Source: Jatrophihabitantaceae bacterium | Lineage (GTDB): Bacteria; Actinomycetota; Actinomycetes; Mycobacteriales; Jatrophihabitantaceae | DNA: 64,000 bases | Direction of reading: 5' to 3' | Assembly (NCBI GenBank): GCA_036502575.1 | Contig: DASXYL010000040.1 | Coordinates: forward strand, 47,283-111,282 | Part shown: in pieces, positions 19,714 through 29,018 of the stretch | How positions within the stretch are numbered: the stretch's first letter is position 1 | Layout: every line of letters starts with the position of its first letter | Notes under the pieces: generated by a model | Database searches by the model: none | What the model saw: only the letters and a program-made list of their open reading frames with translations | What the model was told of the DNA's origin: nothing | Made by a program: the position numbers and the translations under genes

Positions 19714-19778
19714 CTTGAAGTTGTCCACCCTTCGTGACGCTATGTCATAGCACCGCCAAGCGCGGACAACTCGAACGG
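19714..19778. repeat. Intergenic repeat, module M2 copy (divergent)
   Basis: aagttgtccaccc...gctatgtcatagc...gcgcggacaactc has the same architecture as 33894-33952 and 47211-47270. Confidence 0.65.
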
Positions 19779-19905
19779 CGAGCGAGCGGACGCCGGTTTC
19801 AGGACGGTGTCGTGACGCATTCATAGGTGCGCCCGGACGCCGGGAAGTAGCCGAGCCGCCGACCGCCGACCTACTCTCACCGTGCACACACAGTGAGGAG
19901 CGCCG

Positions 19906-22900
19906 GTGGAGTTTCGCGTGCTCGGACCGCTCGAGGTCGTCAAGGACGGCCGGCCGGTGCCGATCGCCGCGGCGAAGCAGCGCGCGCTGCTCGCCACGTT
20001 GCTGCTGCGCGCGAACCAGCCCACGTCGGTCGACTGCATCGCGGAACGCCTGTGGCGAGACGATGCGCCGACTCACCCGCGCCGGGCCGTCCATACCCAC
20101 GTGACCCGGCTGCGCGACACGCTGGGTGAGCATCGCGACCTGATCCGGACCCAACCCGACGGTTACCTGATCGAGCTCGACGGCGCCCAGCTCGACCTGA
20201 CCGTCTTCGGGGCACTGCTCGACCGGGCCATGGCGGGCGAGAACCCGGAGGACTCCGTCGCCCTGCTGGATCAGGCCGACCGGCTGTGGCGGGGGGCGCC
20301 GCTGTCCAACGTCGAGTCCGACGTGCTGCACGCGCACGACGTCGCACCGCTGATCGAGCGCTGGCTGCTGGCCAAGGAGCGTCGCCTGGACGCCGGCCTA
20401 CGCCTCGGCGAGCAGCACGAACTGGTGCCCCAGCTGGTCGAACTGACCACGGCGTATCCGTGGCACGAGCGCTTCTGGGTGCAGCTGATGCTCGCCCTGG
20501 ATCGGTGCGGCCGCACCGGGGACGCGCTGCTGGCCTTCGAGGCGGCGCGCGGGCGGCTGGTGCACGAGTTCGGAATCGATCCGGGCGAACAGCTGCGGAC
20601 CACGCACGCCGCCCTGCAGGCCGGTGACCACCACGGCGCCGACCGACCGGCCGCGCGGCCGCGGCAGTTGCCGCCTGACGTGCGGGGCTTCACCGGCCGG
20701 ACGGCGGAACTCGCGCAGCTCGACGCGTATCTGAAGGGGGCCCCCGCGGTCTGCGTCCTCACCGGGACGGCCGGCGTGGGCAAGACCGCGCTGGCCGTGC
20801 ACTGGGCGCACCGGGTGGCGTCACGCTTCCCCGACGGCCAGCTCTACCTGAACCTGCGCGGCTACGACCCGGGCCGGCCGATGAGTTCAGACCACGCGCT
20901 GGAGTTGCTGCTGCGCGCCGTCGGCGTCTCCGGACGCGATGTGCCCGTGGGCGAGGACGCGCGGGGCGCGCTGTTGCGGTCCCGGCTGGTCGACCGCGAG
21001 GTGCTGATCGTCCTGGACAACGCGAGCAACCCGGACCAGATCCGGCCCCTGCTGCCGGGTACGCCGTCGTGCCGCATCGTGGTGACCAGCCGCGACGATC
21101 TCGCCGGGCTGGTGGCCCGCGACGGCGCCGTCCGGGTCCGTGTCGACCGGCTCAGCCACGGCGACGCGACCGGCGTGCTGCGCTTCCTGCTGCCGCCCGG
21201 TGACCACGACGACGCCGCGCTCGATCAGCTGGTGCAGCTGTGCGACCGCCTGCCACTTGCCCTGCGCATCGCCGCCGATCGCGTCGCGACGCGCGTCGAG
21301 GCCTCCCCGTCCGAGGCGGTCGCCGAGCTCACCGCGCAGCCCCGCCTGGACGCGCTCGCCACGGAGGGAGACGCGCACAGCGCCCTGGACGTCGTGCTGT
21401 CGTGGTCCTACCGATCGGTGTCCCGGCCGGCGGCGCGACTGTTCCGGCTGCTCGGGCTCGTGCCCGGCGGCAGCTGGGACGCCCCCTGCGCTGCCGCGCT
21501 CGCCGGCTCCACCCTCGCCGAGGCCCGCCGGCACCTCGCGGCCCTGGCCGCAGCCCACCTGATCGAGGTTCGACACGACGGCCGGTACGTCATGCACGAC
21601 CTGCTGCGCGCATACGCCGCCGACCGCGCGCAGGCGCACGAGACCCGGGCCGGGCGCCGAGCAGCGACCGGACGCCTGCTCGACTACTACGTCCAGGCCA
21701 GTTCCCTGGCGATGGACGCCGCGTTCGCCTTCGAGCGACATCGCCGCCCGGCGGTTCCGGCGGCCGTATCGGTGCACCCGCCGTGCGATGCCAAGGCGGC
21801 ACTCGCCTGGCTCGACGGGCAGCGATCAGCGCTCGTTGCGGCGACCCTCCAAGCCGCCGACCAGGGTCGGCCGGACCACGCGATCACCCTGGCGGCGACG
21901 CTGCACCGCTACCTGTTCGTGGGCGCCCACCACACGGATCTGCTCGCGGTGCACGGCCAGGCGCTGCGGTGCGCACGAACCGACGCCGAACGCGGGCTGG
22001 CGCTGCACAACCTGGGCCGTACCCATCTGCGCCTGGGACGCTTCGAGGACGCGAACGACGAGCTGCACCGCGCCCTCGCGCTCGTCCGGCAGGCCGACGA
22101 TCACGGCGCCGAGGCCGACACGGTGCAGAGCATCGGCCTGATCCATCTGGAACGTGGCCAATGGGACGCCGCGTTCGACTCCTTCCAACGGGCGCTCGCG
22201 CTCGCCCGCGCGGCCGGTGACCGCAGCCTGGAGGCCCGGGCGCTGGGCAGCCTGGGCGAGGTCACCCAGTACCAGGGGCGCTACCACGTCGCTCTCGGCC
22301 ACGTGCGCGAGGCGTTGGCGTTGTTCCGCGCGATCGGCGATCGGGCCACCGAGGCCGACGCGCTGATCGGCACCGGCAGCCTGTACGGACGCCTCGGCGA
22401 CGACAGCCGGGCCTTCGACCATCTGCAGCAGGCCGTTCGCGTCGCCCGCGACATCGGCGACCGGCACCGCGAGGCGTCGGCGCTCGAGCACCTCGGCGAC
22501 GCGAGCCGGCGCCAGGGCCGCAACGCCGTTGCCTACGACCAGTACCACCAGGCCATGAGGCTGTTCCGCGAGATCGGCGACATCGCCCGGGAGGTCAGTT
22601 GCCTGATCGGCCTCGGATCACTCGACGCGTGCCGCGGCCGTACCGCCGAAGCCCTCGAGCGGCACGAGCGGGCGCTGGTCATCGCGCAGCAGATCGGTCA
22701 TCGGCGCGGCCAGGTGCGCGCCCATAACGCGCTCGGCGAGTCGCTGCGACTCGCCGGTCGGCCGGCGCAGGCCGGGGCCAGCCACGAGTCGGCGCTGGCG
22801 TTGGCCGGCGAGCTCGGCGACCGGTATGAGCAGGCCCGAGCGCTGGCCGGCCTCGGCGCTGCTCGGCAGGATCTGGGCGACGACGACGGTGCGCAGGAGA

Positions 22901-22998
22901 GCCGAACGCGCGCCCTGCGTGAGTTCGCGAGCCTCGGCGTGCGCGAGGCGGACGAGCTGCGCGCCGAGATCGCCCTGCCGTGTGCCGCCGGGGCCTGA
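19906..22998 (+). CDS. AfsR-like regulator: SARP (OmpR-type wHTH + BTAD) - NB-ARC ATPase - TPR
   Basis: 1030 aa. (V)EFRVLGPLEV start, BTAD WRG.PL, P-loop GTAGVGKTALAVHWAH, long C-terminal TPR array. Confidence 0.85.
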   Translation: MEFRVLGPLEVVKDGRPVPIAAAKQRALLATLLLRANQPTSVDCIAERLWRDDAPTHPRRAVHTHVTRLRDTLGEHRDLIRTQPDGYLIELDGAQLDLTVFGALLDRAMAGENPEDSVALLDQADRLWRGAPLSNVESDVLHAHDVAPLIERWLLAKERRLDAGLRLGEQHELVPQLVELTTAYPWHERFWVQLMLALDRCGRTGDALLAFEAARGRLVHEFGIDPGEQLRTTHAALQAGDHHGADRPAARPRQLPPDVRGFTGRTAELAQLDAYLKGAPAVCVLTGTAGVGKTALAVHWAHRVASRFPDGQLYLNLRGYDPGRPMSSDHALELLLRAVGVSGRDVPVGEDARGALLRSRLVDREVLIVLDNASNPDQIRPLLPGTPSCRIVVTSRDDLAGLVARDGAVRVRVDRLSHGDATGVLRFLLPPGDHDDAALDQLVQLCDRLPLALRIAADRVATRVEASPSEAVAELTAQPRLDALATEGDAHSALDVVLSWSYRSVSRPAARLFRLLGLVPGGSWDAPCAAALAGSTLAEARRHLAALAAAHLIEVRHDGRYVMHDLLRAYAADRAQAHETRAGRRAATGRLLDYYVQASSLAMDAAFAFERHRRPAVPAAVSVHPPCDAKAALAWLDGQRSALVAATLQAADQGRPDHAITLAATLHRYLFVGAHHTDLLAVHGQALRCARTDAERGLALHNLGRTHLRLGRFEDANDELHRALALVRQADDHGAEADTVQSIGLIHLERGQWDAAFDSFQRALALARAAGDRSLEARALGSLGEVTQYQGRYHVALGHVREALALFRAIGDRATEADALIGTGSLYGRLGDDSRAFDHLQQAVRVARDIGDRHREASALEHLGDASRRQGRNAVAYDQYHQAMRLFREIGDIAREVSCLIGLGSLDACRGRTAEALERHERALVIAQQIGHRRGQVRAHNALGESLRLAGRPAQAGASHESALALAGELGDRYEQARALAGLGAARQDLGDDDGAQESRTRALREFASLGVREADELRAEIALPCAAGA

Positions 22999-23087
22999 TC
23001 GATTTCAACTTCGTCTCGGTGTCCCCGTGCATTCATCCCTGTGCCTACGCTGTCACCGACCTGTGAGCGAGGAGCCTGAACGGATCC

Positions 23088-26000
23088 ATGCCGCCGATGG
23101 AGTTTCGCGTACTCGGTCCACTCGATGCACGGCGAGCGGGCCGGTCCGTGCCGATCCCGGCCGCGAAGCTGCGGACGCTCCTGGCGACGCTGCTGCTGCG
23201 GGCCAACCAGCCGACCTCGCTCGGCCAGATCGCCGATCATCTTTGGGCCGACGCTCAGCCGGACAATCCCCGGCGAGCGATCCAGACCTACGTCACGCGA
23301 CTGCGACAGCTCCTCGGCGACGACGGCCGGCTGATCGACACGCTGCCGGGGGGCTACCTGATCCACGTCGAATCCGGCCAGCTGGACCTGACGACCTTCG
23401 AGGAGCTGCTGCGGCAGGCCGTCGGCACGGACGACGCCGGCGAGCGGGCGGCGCGGCTCGACCGGGCGATCTCACTGTGGCACGGCAATCCGCTGGGCAA
23501 CGTCGACTCCGACCAGCTGCACAGCCGTGACGTGCCGCGGCTGGTCGAGCTCTACCTGCAGGCGCAAGAACATCGGGTCGAGGCGAACCTGAGTCTCGGC
23601 CGGCACGCCGAACTGCTGGCCGACCTGCGGGCGCTGACGATCGCGCATCCCCTGCGCGAAACCCTGTGGGCGCAGCTGATGGTGGCGTTGTGGCGCGCCG
23701 GACGGCAGGCCGATGCGCTCTCGGCGTACGAGACGGCCCGGCGGGCGCTGGTGTCCGAGCTCGGTATCGCCCCGGGCGACGAGCTGCGCAAGGTGCACGC
23801 CGCCGTTCTGGCCGGCGATGAGTCCACGTCGCGGGTCACGCCGGTACCGGTCCCCCGCCATCTGCCGCCCGACGTCCCCGGCTTCACCGGGCGCACCGGC
23901 GACCTGGCTCGCCTGGACGCCCTGCTGAGCGGCGAGGACGGGTTGTCGGTGGCGGTGATCGCCGGTACGGCCGGCGTCGGCAAGACGGCGCTCGCGGTGC
24001 ACTGGGCGCATCGCATCCTCGATCGGTTCCCCGACGGGCAGATCTACGTGAATCTGCGCGGTTACGACCTCGACCGTCCGGTGCGGGCCGCGCAGGCACT
24101 GGCCGGCGTCCTGCGCACGCTCGGCCTGTCGGGAGCCGAGATCCCGCTCGATCTCGACGCCCTCACCGGCATGTACCGCTCACTGATCGACGGCCGGCGC
24201 ATGCTCATCGTGCTCGACAACGCCTGCCATCCGGATCAGGTCCGGCCATTGCTGCCCGGTACGTCCAGCAGCCTGGTGCTGGTCACGAGCCGCGACGACC
24301 TCGCCGGTCTGATCGCGCGCGACGGTGCGGCCCGGGTCGGGCTGTCGCGGCTGTCCGAGGACGACGCGGTGGCGCTGCTGCACGGCGTGCTCGGCCCGGA
24401 CGCGGTGGGCCCGACCGAGACCGGCGCGATCCACGAACTCGCCGGGCTGTGCGCCGGCCTGCCGCTGGCGCTGCGCATCGCCGCCGAGCGGATCGCCGAC
24501 CACCCGGTGCGCGACATGGTGGCCGAGCTGCGCGACGGGTCCCGGCTCGACGCCCTCACCGCGGGCGACGACCCGCACACCGCCGTCCGCGGGGTGTTCT
24601 CCTGGTCCTACCGGGCCCTGACTCCCGAGGCGGCCCGGATGTTCCGCCTGCTCGGGTTGGTATCCGCGGCTGAGTGGGATTACCACGCCGCCGCGTCACT
24701 CGCCGACTGCTCGCTGCCCGAGGCCCGGCGCCTGCTCGCGGTGCTGCGCGCGGCGCACCTCGTCGACGTCGTCGGGCGCGACCGGTTCACGATGCACGAC
24801 CTGCTCCGGGCCTACGCCGCCGAGCACGCGCTGATCGCCGAGGCGGACGCGGACCGCCGAGCGGCCGTTCGGCGCCTGCTCGACTACTACCTGCACGCGT
24901 CGATCACCGCGATGTCCGTCGCCTTCCCGTTCGGGCAGGAGCACCGACCACGGCCGCCCCGCACGCCCGCGCCGGTGCCGGAGTTCGCCGAAGCCGACCC
25001 GGCTCTGGCCTGGCTGGACGGGCTGCGCGCCAACCTGGCCGCGATCGTCGCCCAGGCCGTCGAATACGCCGAGCACGCGCTGGTCGTCGGCCTGAGCCAG
25101 TCGCTGGAGCAGTACCTGCACGTCGGCGCCCACCTCACCGAGTCCCTCGTCGTCCACGAGCACGCACTGGGCTCGGCCACGGCACTGGGCGACCAGGACG
25201 CGCGGGCGCGAGCGCTGATGAGCCTCGGCACCACCTACTTCATGCTCAGTCGCCTCGACGAGGCGATCGAGCGGTTCGGGCAGGCGCTGCAGATCCGCCG
25301 CAAGATCGGCGACCGGGCCGGCGTCGCCGCGTCGCTGAACACCCTGGGCTGCGCGTACTGGCAGCAGGGCCGCTACGACGACGCCTTCGACCGGCTGCGC
25401 GCGTCCTTGCGCGTGTGTCGCGACGTCGCCGACCGCGGCAGCGAGGCGAAGGCGCTCGGCAATCTCGGCATCGTCTACGAGTCGTGGGGTCGCTACGCCG
25501 ACGCGCTCGAGCACCACCGCAACGCGCTGGCCATCCGCCGCGAGATCGCCGACCGCAGTGCCGAGGCCAACGCGCTGCTGAACCTCGGCAGCGTGCTCAT
25601 CCGCTGCGGGCAGTTGGACGAGGCGCACGACCTCCTGCAGGAGTCGCTGCAGATCGCCCGGCAGATCGGCAACCGGGTCCGTGAGGGCGAGGCCCTCGAC
25701 GAGCTCGGCAAGATCCACCTGCGCTGGCAGGACGTCGACCTGGCCCACGACCATCACCGGCGGGCGGTCGAGATCTTCCGCGAGGTCGGTTACCGCGCCC
25801 GAGAGGCCGAGGCGCTGAGCAACCTCGGCCGGGTCTACCTGCAACGGCAGCGCCACGACGAGGCGACGCTGCACGAGCAGCGCGCGCTGGCCATCGCCCG
25901 CGAGATCGGGCAACGCCACGTCGAGATCGGCGCCCTCAACGGGCTGGGCGACGTCAGCCGGGCGATGTCGCGCCCCGGAGAGGCCCTCGAACATCACCGG

Positions 26001-26171
26001 GCGGCGCTGCGCCTGGCCCGCGAGCTCGGTGAGCCCTACGAGCAGGCTCGCGCACTGGAAGGGATCAGCGACGCGCTCGGCGAGTTGGGCGATTGCGTCA
26101 GCGCCGCCGAATGCCGGATCGATGCCCGGGCCCTGTTCGCCGAGCTCGGCGTTCCCGAAACCACGCGCTGA
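23088..26171 (+). CDS. AfsR-like regulator: SARP - NB-ARC - TPR (tandem paralog)
   Basis: 1027 aa, collinear with the upstream gene (MEFRVLGPLDA, GTAGVGKTALAVHWAH, TPR array). The start could be ATG 23097. Confidence 0.85.
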   Translation: MPPMEFRVLGPLDARRAGRSVPIPAAKLRTLLATLLLRANQPTSLGQIADHLWADAQPDNPRRAIQTYVTRLRQLLGDDGRLIDTLPGGYLIHVESGQLDLTTFEELLRQAVGTDDAGERAARLDRAISLWHGNPLGNVDSDQLHSRDVPRLVELYLQAQEHRVEANLSLGRHAELLADLRALTIAHPLRETLWAQLMVALWRAGRQADALSAYETARRALVSELGIAPGDELRKVHAAVLAGDESTSRVTPVPVPRHLPPDVPGFTGRTGDLARLDALLSGEDGLSVAVIAGTAGVGKTALAVHWAHRILDRFPDGQIYVNLRGYDLDRPVRAAQALAGVLRTLGLSGAEIPLDLDALTGMYRSLIDGRRMLIVLDNACHPDQVRPLLPGTSSSLVLVTSRDDLAGLIARDGAARVGLSRLSEDDAVALLHGVLGPDAVGPTETGAIHELAGLCAGLPLALRIAAERIADHPVRDMVAELRDGSRLDALTAGDDPHTAVRGVFSWSYRALTPEAARMFRLLGLVSAAEWDYHAAASLADCSLPEARRLLAVLRAAHLVDVVGRDRFTMHDLLRAYAAEHALIAEADADRRAAVRRLLDYYLHASITAMSVAFPFGQEHRPRPPRTPAPVPEFAEADPALAWLDGLRANLAAIVAQAVEYAEHALVVGLSQSLEQYLHVGAHLTESLVVHEHALGSATALGDQDARARALMSLGTTYFMLSRLDEAIERFGQALQIRRKIGDRAGVAASLNTLGCAYWQQGRYDDAFDRLRASLRVCRDVADRGSEAKALGNLGIVYESWGRYADALEHHRNALAIRREIADRSAEANALLNLGSVLIRCGQLDEAHDLLQESLQIARQIGNRVREGEALDELGKIHLRWQDVDLAHDHHRRAVEIFREVGYRAREAEALSNLGRVYLQRQRHDEATLHEQRALAIAREIGQRHVEIGALNGLGDVSRAMSRPGEALEHHRAALRLARELGEPYEQARALEGISDALGELGDCVSAAECRIDARALFAELGVPETTR

Positions 26172-26175
26172 CTCA

Positions 26176-26313
26176 TCCGCCGGAGTCGAATCCGGGCTCG
26201 CCCCACTCGCAAGCTCGGGGGCAATCCCGGATCCGAGCCTTCGCTCCGCTCGGCCCGCATAGCGGCCGGCGGGCTCTTCGCGCGAGCGCTCATCGCGTTC
26301 GTGGTTGCGTTCC
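26176..26313 (+). repeat. Intergenic mosaic repeat: module M1 hairpin (26176-26230) + module M3 (26261-26313)
   Basis: M1 (gagtcgaatccgggctcgccccactcgc...gggggcaatcccggatccgag) matches the reverse complement of 34005-34059. The M3 core is identical to three other loci. Confidence 0.85.
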
Positions 26314-26339
26314 CTGCCTTCCCCGGACACGTTTGCTGG

Positions 26340-27866
26340 CTACAACTTCTGCTGGCTGGCTATTCGGTAGCCGTCGGAGCGTTTTTCCAACTCGATGCGC
26401 AACCTGGTCGGCTTCTCCCCCGCCGCGCCGCTCGACGCGGTGGCGTGGCAAGTGAGCGTCGACGGCGCCAGCGTCGCCGTGGTGGCGAGCACCAGCCGGT
26501 CGTCCACCACGTCGGCTTGCAGCTGCGCGTAGGTGGTGTGGACGCCGACCAAGCCGCAGCCGGCCGGCACCACGCGTCGCAGCAGCGCCGCGTCCTGGGC
26601 GAGCAGTGGCCCGGATACGTAGACGCGCGCGAGCAGCGAGACCTGGCGGCGGGCGAACGCCAGCTCGCGGATCCGATCCAGATCGCGCAGGAGGACCGCG
26701 GCGCGAGCCGCCGGGCTCGTCGCCGGCGCGGTGGTTGCCGGCGCGGTCGTCGCTGGTGCCGACGGACGGGGCTGGGCCGCCGGGTGACTCGCCGTCCCGT
26801 GGACGAGGAGCGCGCTACCGATCGCGAACAGGACGAGAACCAGCGCAGCAACCCGAATCGCCCGGCGGTGCAGCAGGTCGGCAACGCGAGAGCGCCGCTG
26901 CGGGACCGGGGCATGCAGCGCCGCCCGAACGCCGTGGGTGAGCTGCGCCGGATTCGAGATCGGGGCGTCGTAGCCCGGACGGGTGAACGTCGGGCGGGCC
27001 GGATCGCCGGTCACTGCGAGCTCGTCGACGCGGCCGCGTGGGTCGACGGGCACCGGGGCGCCGGCGGACAGCTCGACGGGAGCCGGCTCGCCGCTGTGTC
27101 GCAGGTCGAGCGCGAATTCGGCGGCGTTGCAGCGGAGGTGTGGCGCGATACTGAGTCCCCGCTGCAGCAGGGCGGCCAGGTCGGGCGACAGCTGCGCGAG
27201 CCGGGACGCCAGATCGCCGACGTCGCCCGCGGCCGCCCGGGCGATCGTGTCCTCGGGAGTGACCCCCGTCCATACCGGAACTCCGGTGAGCGCGTGCACC
27301 GCCACGGCGGCCAACATGAACACGTCGCTCGCGGCCCCCGGGGCACAGCCGGCCGCGACCGACGGATCGACATACGCCGGCGTACTGCGCGCCGGGCCAT
27401 TGTCGCCGACGATGCGCGCCACCCCCAGATCAGCCAGCAGCGGCAGGCCGATCTCGGTGAACAGCACGTTCGCCGGGGTGACGTCGCCGTGCACGACCCC
27501 CTCGTTGTGCGCATACGCGAGAGCGGCGCCGATCGGCGACAACGCGGTGATCACCTCACCCGGTGTCAGCCGGCCCCGCCGGGCGACCAGATCGGCCAGC
27601 GAGCCACCGCCTGCGAGATCGAGCACGAGCACCACGCCGGCCTCGACCGGGACGAGCTCGTGCAGCCGGATCAGGTGCGGATGATCGAGCGTCGACAGCA
27701 ACGCCGCCTCGGCGCGCGCGGCCTGCACCTGCGCTGCATCACCGACCGGGAGCCGCTTGAGAGCAACCGGCGCCCCGGTGGCGGTTGCGTGACCGCGCCA
27801 CACCTCGCCCGAGCCGCCGTAGCCGAGCAGCTCCTCCACCACGTAGCCGGGCACCGTCCAGGTCAT
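26340..27866 (-). CDS. Transmembrane Ser/Thr protein kinase (Hanks type) with an extracytoplasmic C-terminal domain
   Basis: Internal ATG at 27866. GYGGSGEVWRG, VALKRL, HGDVTPANVLF, DLGVAR. One TM (AALVLVLFAIGSALLV), then a PAxT-rich linker and a domain of about 130 aa. Confidence 0.85.
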   Translation of the reverse strand: MTWTVPGYVVEELLGYGGSGEVWRGHATATGAPVALKRLPVGDAAQVQAARAEAALLSTLDHPHLIRLHELVPVEAGVVLVLDLAGGGSLADLVARRGRLTPGEVITALSPIGAALAYAHNEGVVHGDVTPANVLFTEIGLPLLADLGVARIVGDNGPARSTPAYVDPSVAAGCAPGAASDVFMLAAVAVHALTGVPVWTGVTPEDTIARAAAGDVGDLASRLAQLSPDLAALLQRGLSIAPHLRCNAAEFALDLRHSGEPAPVELSAGAPVPVDPRGRVDELAVTGDPARPTFTRPGYDAPISNPAQLTHGVRAALHAPVPQRRSRVADLLHRRAIRVAALVLVLFAIGSALLVHGTASHPAAQPRPSAPATTAPATTAPATSPAARAAVLLRDLDRIRELAFARRQVSLLARVYVSGPLLAQDAALLRRVVPAGCGLVGVHTTYAQLQADVVDDRLVLATTATLAPSTLTCHATASSGAAGEKPTRLRIELEKRSDGYRIASQQKL

Positions 27867-28025
27867 GGCCGAAACGGTAGAGAATCCAGCCGCTCGGCGT
27901 CGGCGGTTATCCACAGGGCTCGTCGAAGACGACTTCGGGATAGGCCTTCCTCGGCCCAGCGCGATGGCCTCGTGGCTCACAGTTGCCTCTGCGCCCGCGA
28001 CAAATCCTTCGCATAGGGTGCGGAG

Positions 28026-28757
28026 ATGCCAGCTGCGCATCCCACCATCCTCGCGACATCCGGCGGCATGACTCCCGGTCGCCGCATCCGATGGGAGTTC
28101 GCCCCGCTCACCGAGTACGCCATCGACCTGGCCGGCGTGACCGGTCGGGAGGCGCGCGTGTGCTTGCTCGCCACGGCGATGGGCGACAACCCAGCTGTGG
28201 TGTCGACGTTCTACGAGGCCGCGCTCCAGTGGCGGCTCGCGCCCTCGCACGTCGCGCTGCTGCCGATGCCGAGCGTCGACGATTTGCGCGAACACCTGCT
28301 CGGCCAGGACGTGATCTGGGTCTACGGCGGCAGCGTCGCCGGACTGCTCGCGCTGTGGCGGCTGCACGGACTCGACGTCGTCCTGCGCGAGGCGTGGCAG
28401 GCCGGCGTCGTCCTCACGGGTGTCTCCGCCGGGTCGATCTGCTGGCACGCCGGCGGCACTACCGACTCGTTCGGCCCCGAGCTGCGGGCGGTCACCGACG
28501 GGCTCGGCTTCGTCCCCTACTCCAACGGCGTCCACTACGACAACGAGGAGCAGCGCCGTCCGCTGTTCCAGCGGCTGATCGCCGACGGCACGCTGCCCGC
28601 CGGGTACGCCACCGACGACGGGACGGGCGTGCTCTACCGGGGAACCGAGATGGTCGAGGCTCTCACCGAGGTCGACGGCAAGAGTGCCTACTACGTCGAG
28701 CGCGGCCCAGACGGGTCAGCCGTCGAGACCCGTCTCGAGCCGCGCCTGCTGAAGTAG
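28026..28757 (+). CDS. Peptidase S51 (dipeptidase E-like) family protein
   Basis: 243 aa. ILATSGG..., VIWVYGGS and GVSAGSICW (nucleophile Ser context) are typical of S51. Confidence 0.7.
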   Translation: MPAAHPTILATSGGMTPGRRIRWEFAPLTEYAIDLAGVTGREARVCLLATAMGDNPAVVSTFYEAALQWRLAPSHVALLPMPSVDDLREHLLGQDVIWVYGGSVAGLLALWRLHGLDVVLREAWQAGVVLTGVSAGSICWHAGGTTDSFGPELRAVTDGLGFVPYSNGVHYDNEEQRRPLFQRLIADGTLPAGYATDDGTGVLYRGTEMVEALTEVDGKSAYYVERGPDGSAVETRLEPRLLK

Positions 28758-28937
28758 CTAGTCGGCGGTGAGCTTGCCGGCAGCACCCCAGCTGTCCGGC
28801 GGCGTCTCGTGGATCCACACCTGCACGGCCTCGGCCGGGATGCCGTAACTGTCGACCATGGCGTCGGTGAGGTTACGCACCAGCTTGCGCTTGAGTTCGA
28901 CGTCGCGCGGTCCCTGCTGGACGGTGATGATGGGCAT
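28758..28937 (-). CDS. 4-oxalocrotonate tautomerase family protein
   Basis: An internal start gives MPIITVQQGPR... (59 aa) with the catalytic Pro1 after Met removal. Confidence 0.7.
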   Translation of the reverse strand: MPIITVQQGPRDVELKRKLVRNLTDAMVDSYGIPAEAVQVWIHETPPDSWGAAGKLTAD

Positions 28938-29018
28938 CGGAATCTCCTTTGCTGATTGGTGATTCCATCTCATCCGGTCCGCCGTCCGGGATCCAGACGC
29001 GAACTCGATGCCCAGCCA

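Noticed and set aside
19906-26171. The two STAND NTPases as an Avs-like antiphage defence pair.
   Set aside because: Both have N-terminal OmpR-type wHTH plus BTAD (SARP) DNA-binding heads rather than nuclease, protease or other effector domains. The architecture is that of AfsR-type transcription factors.
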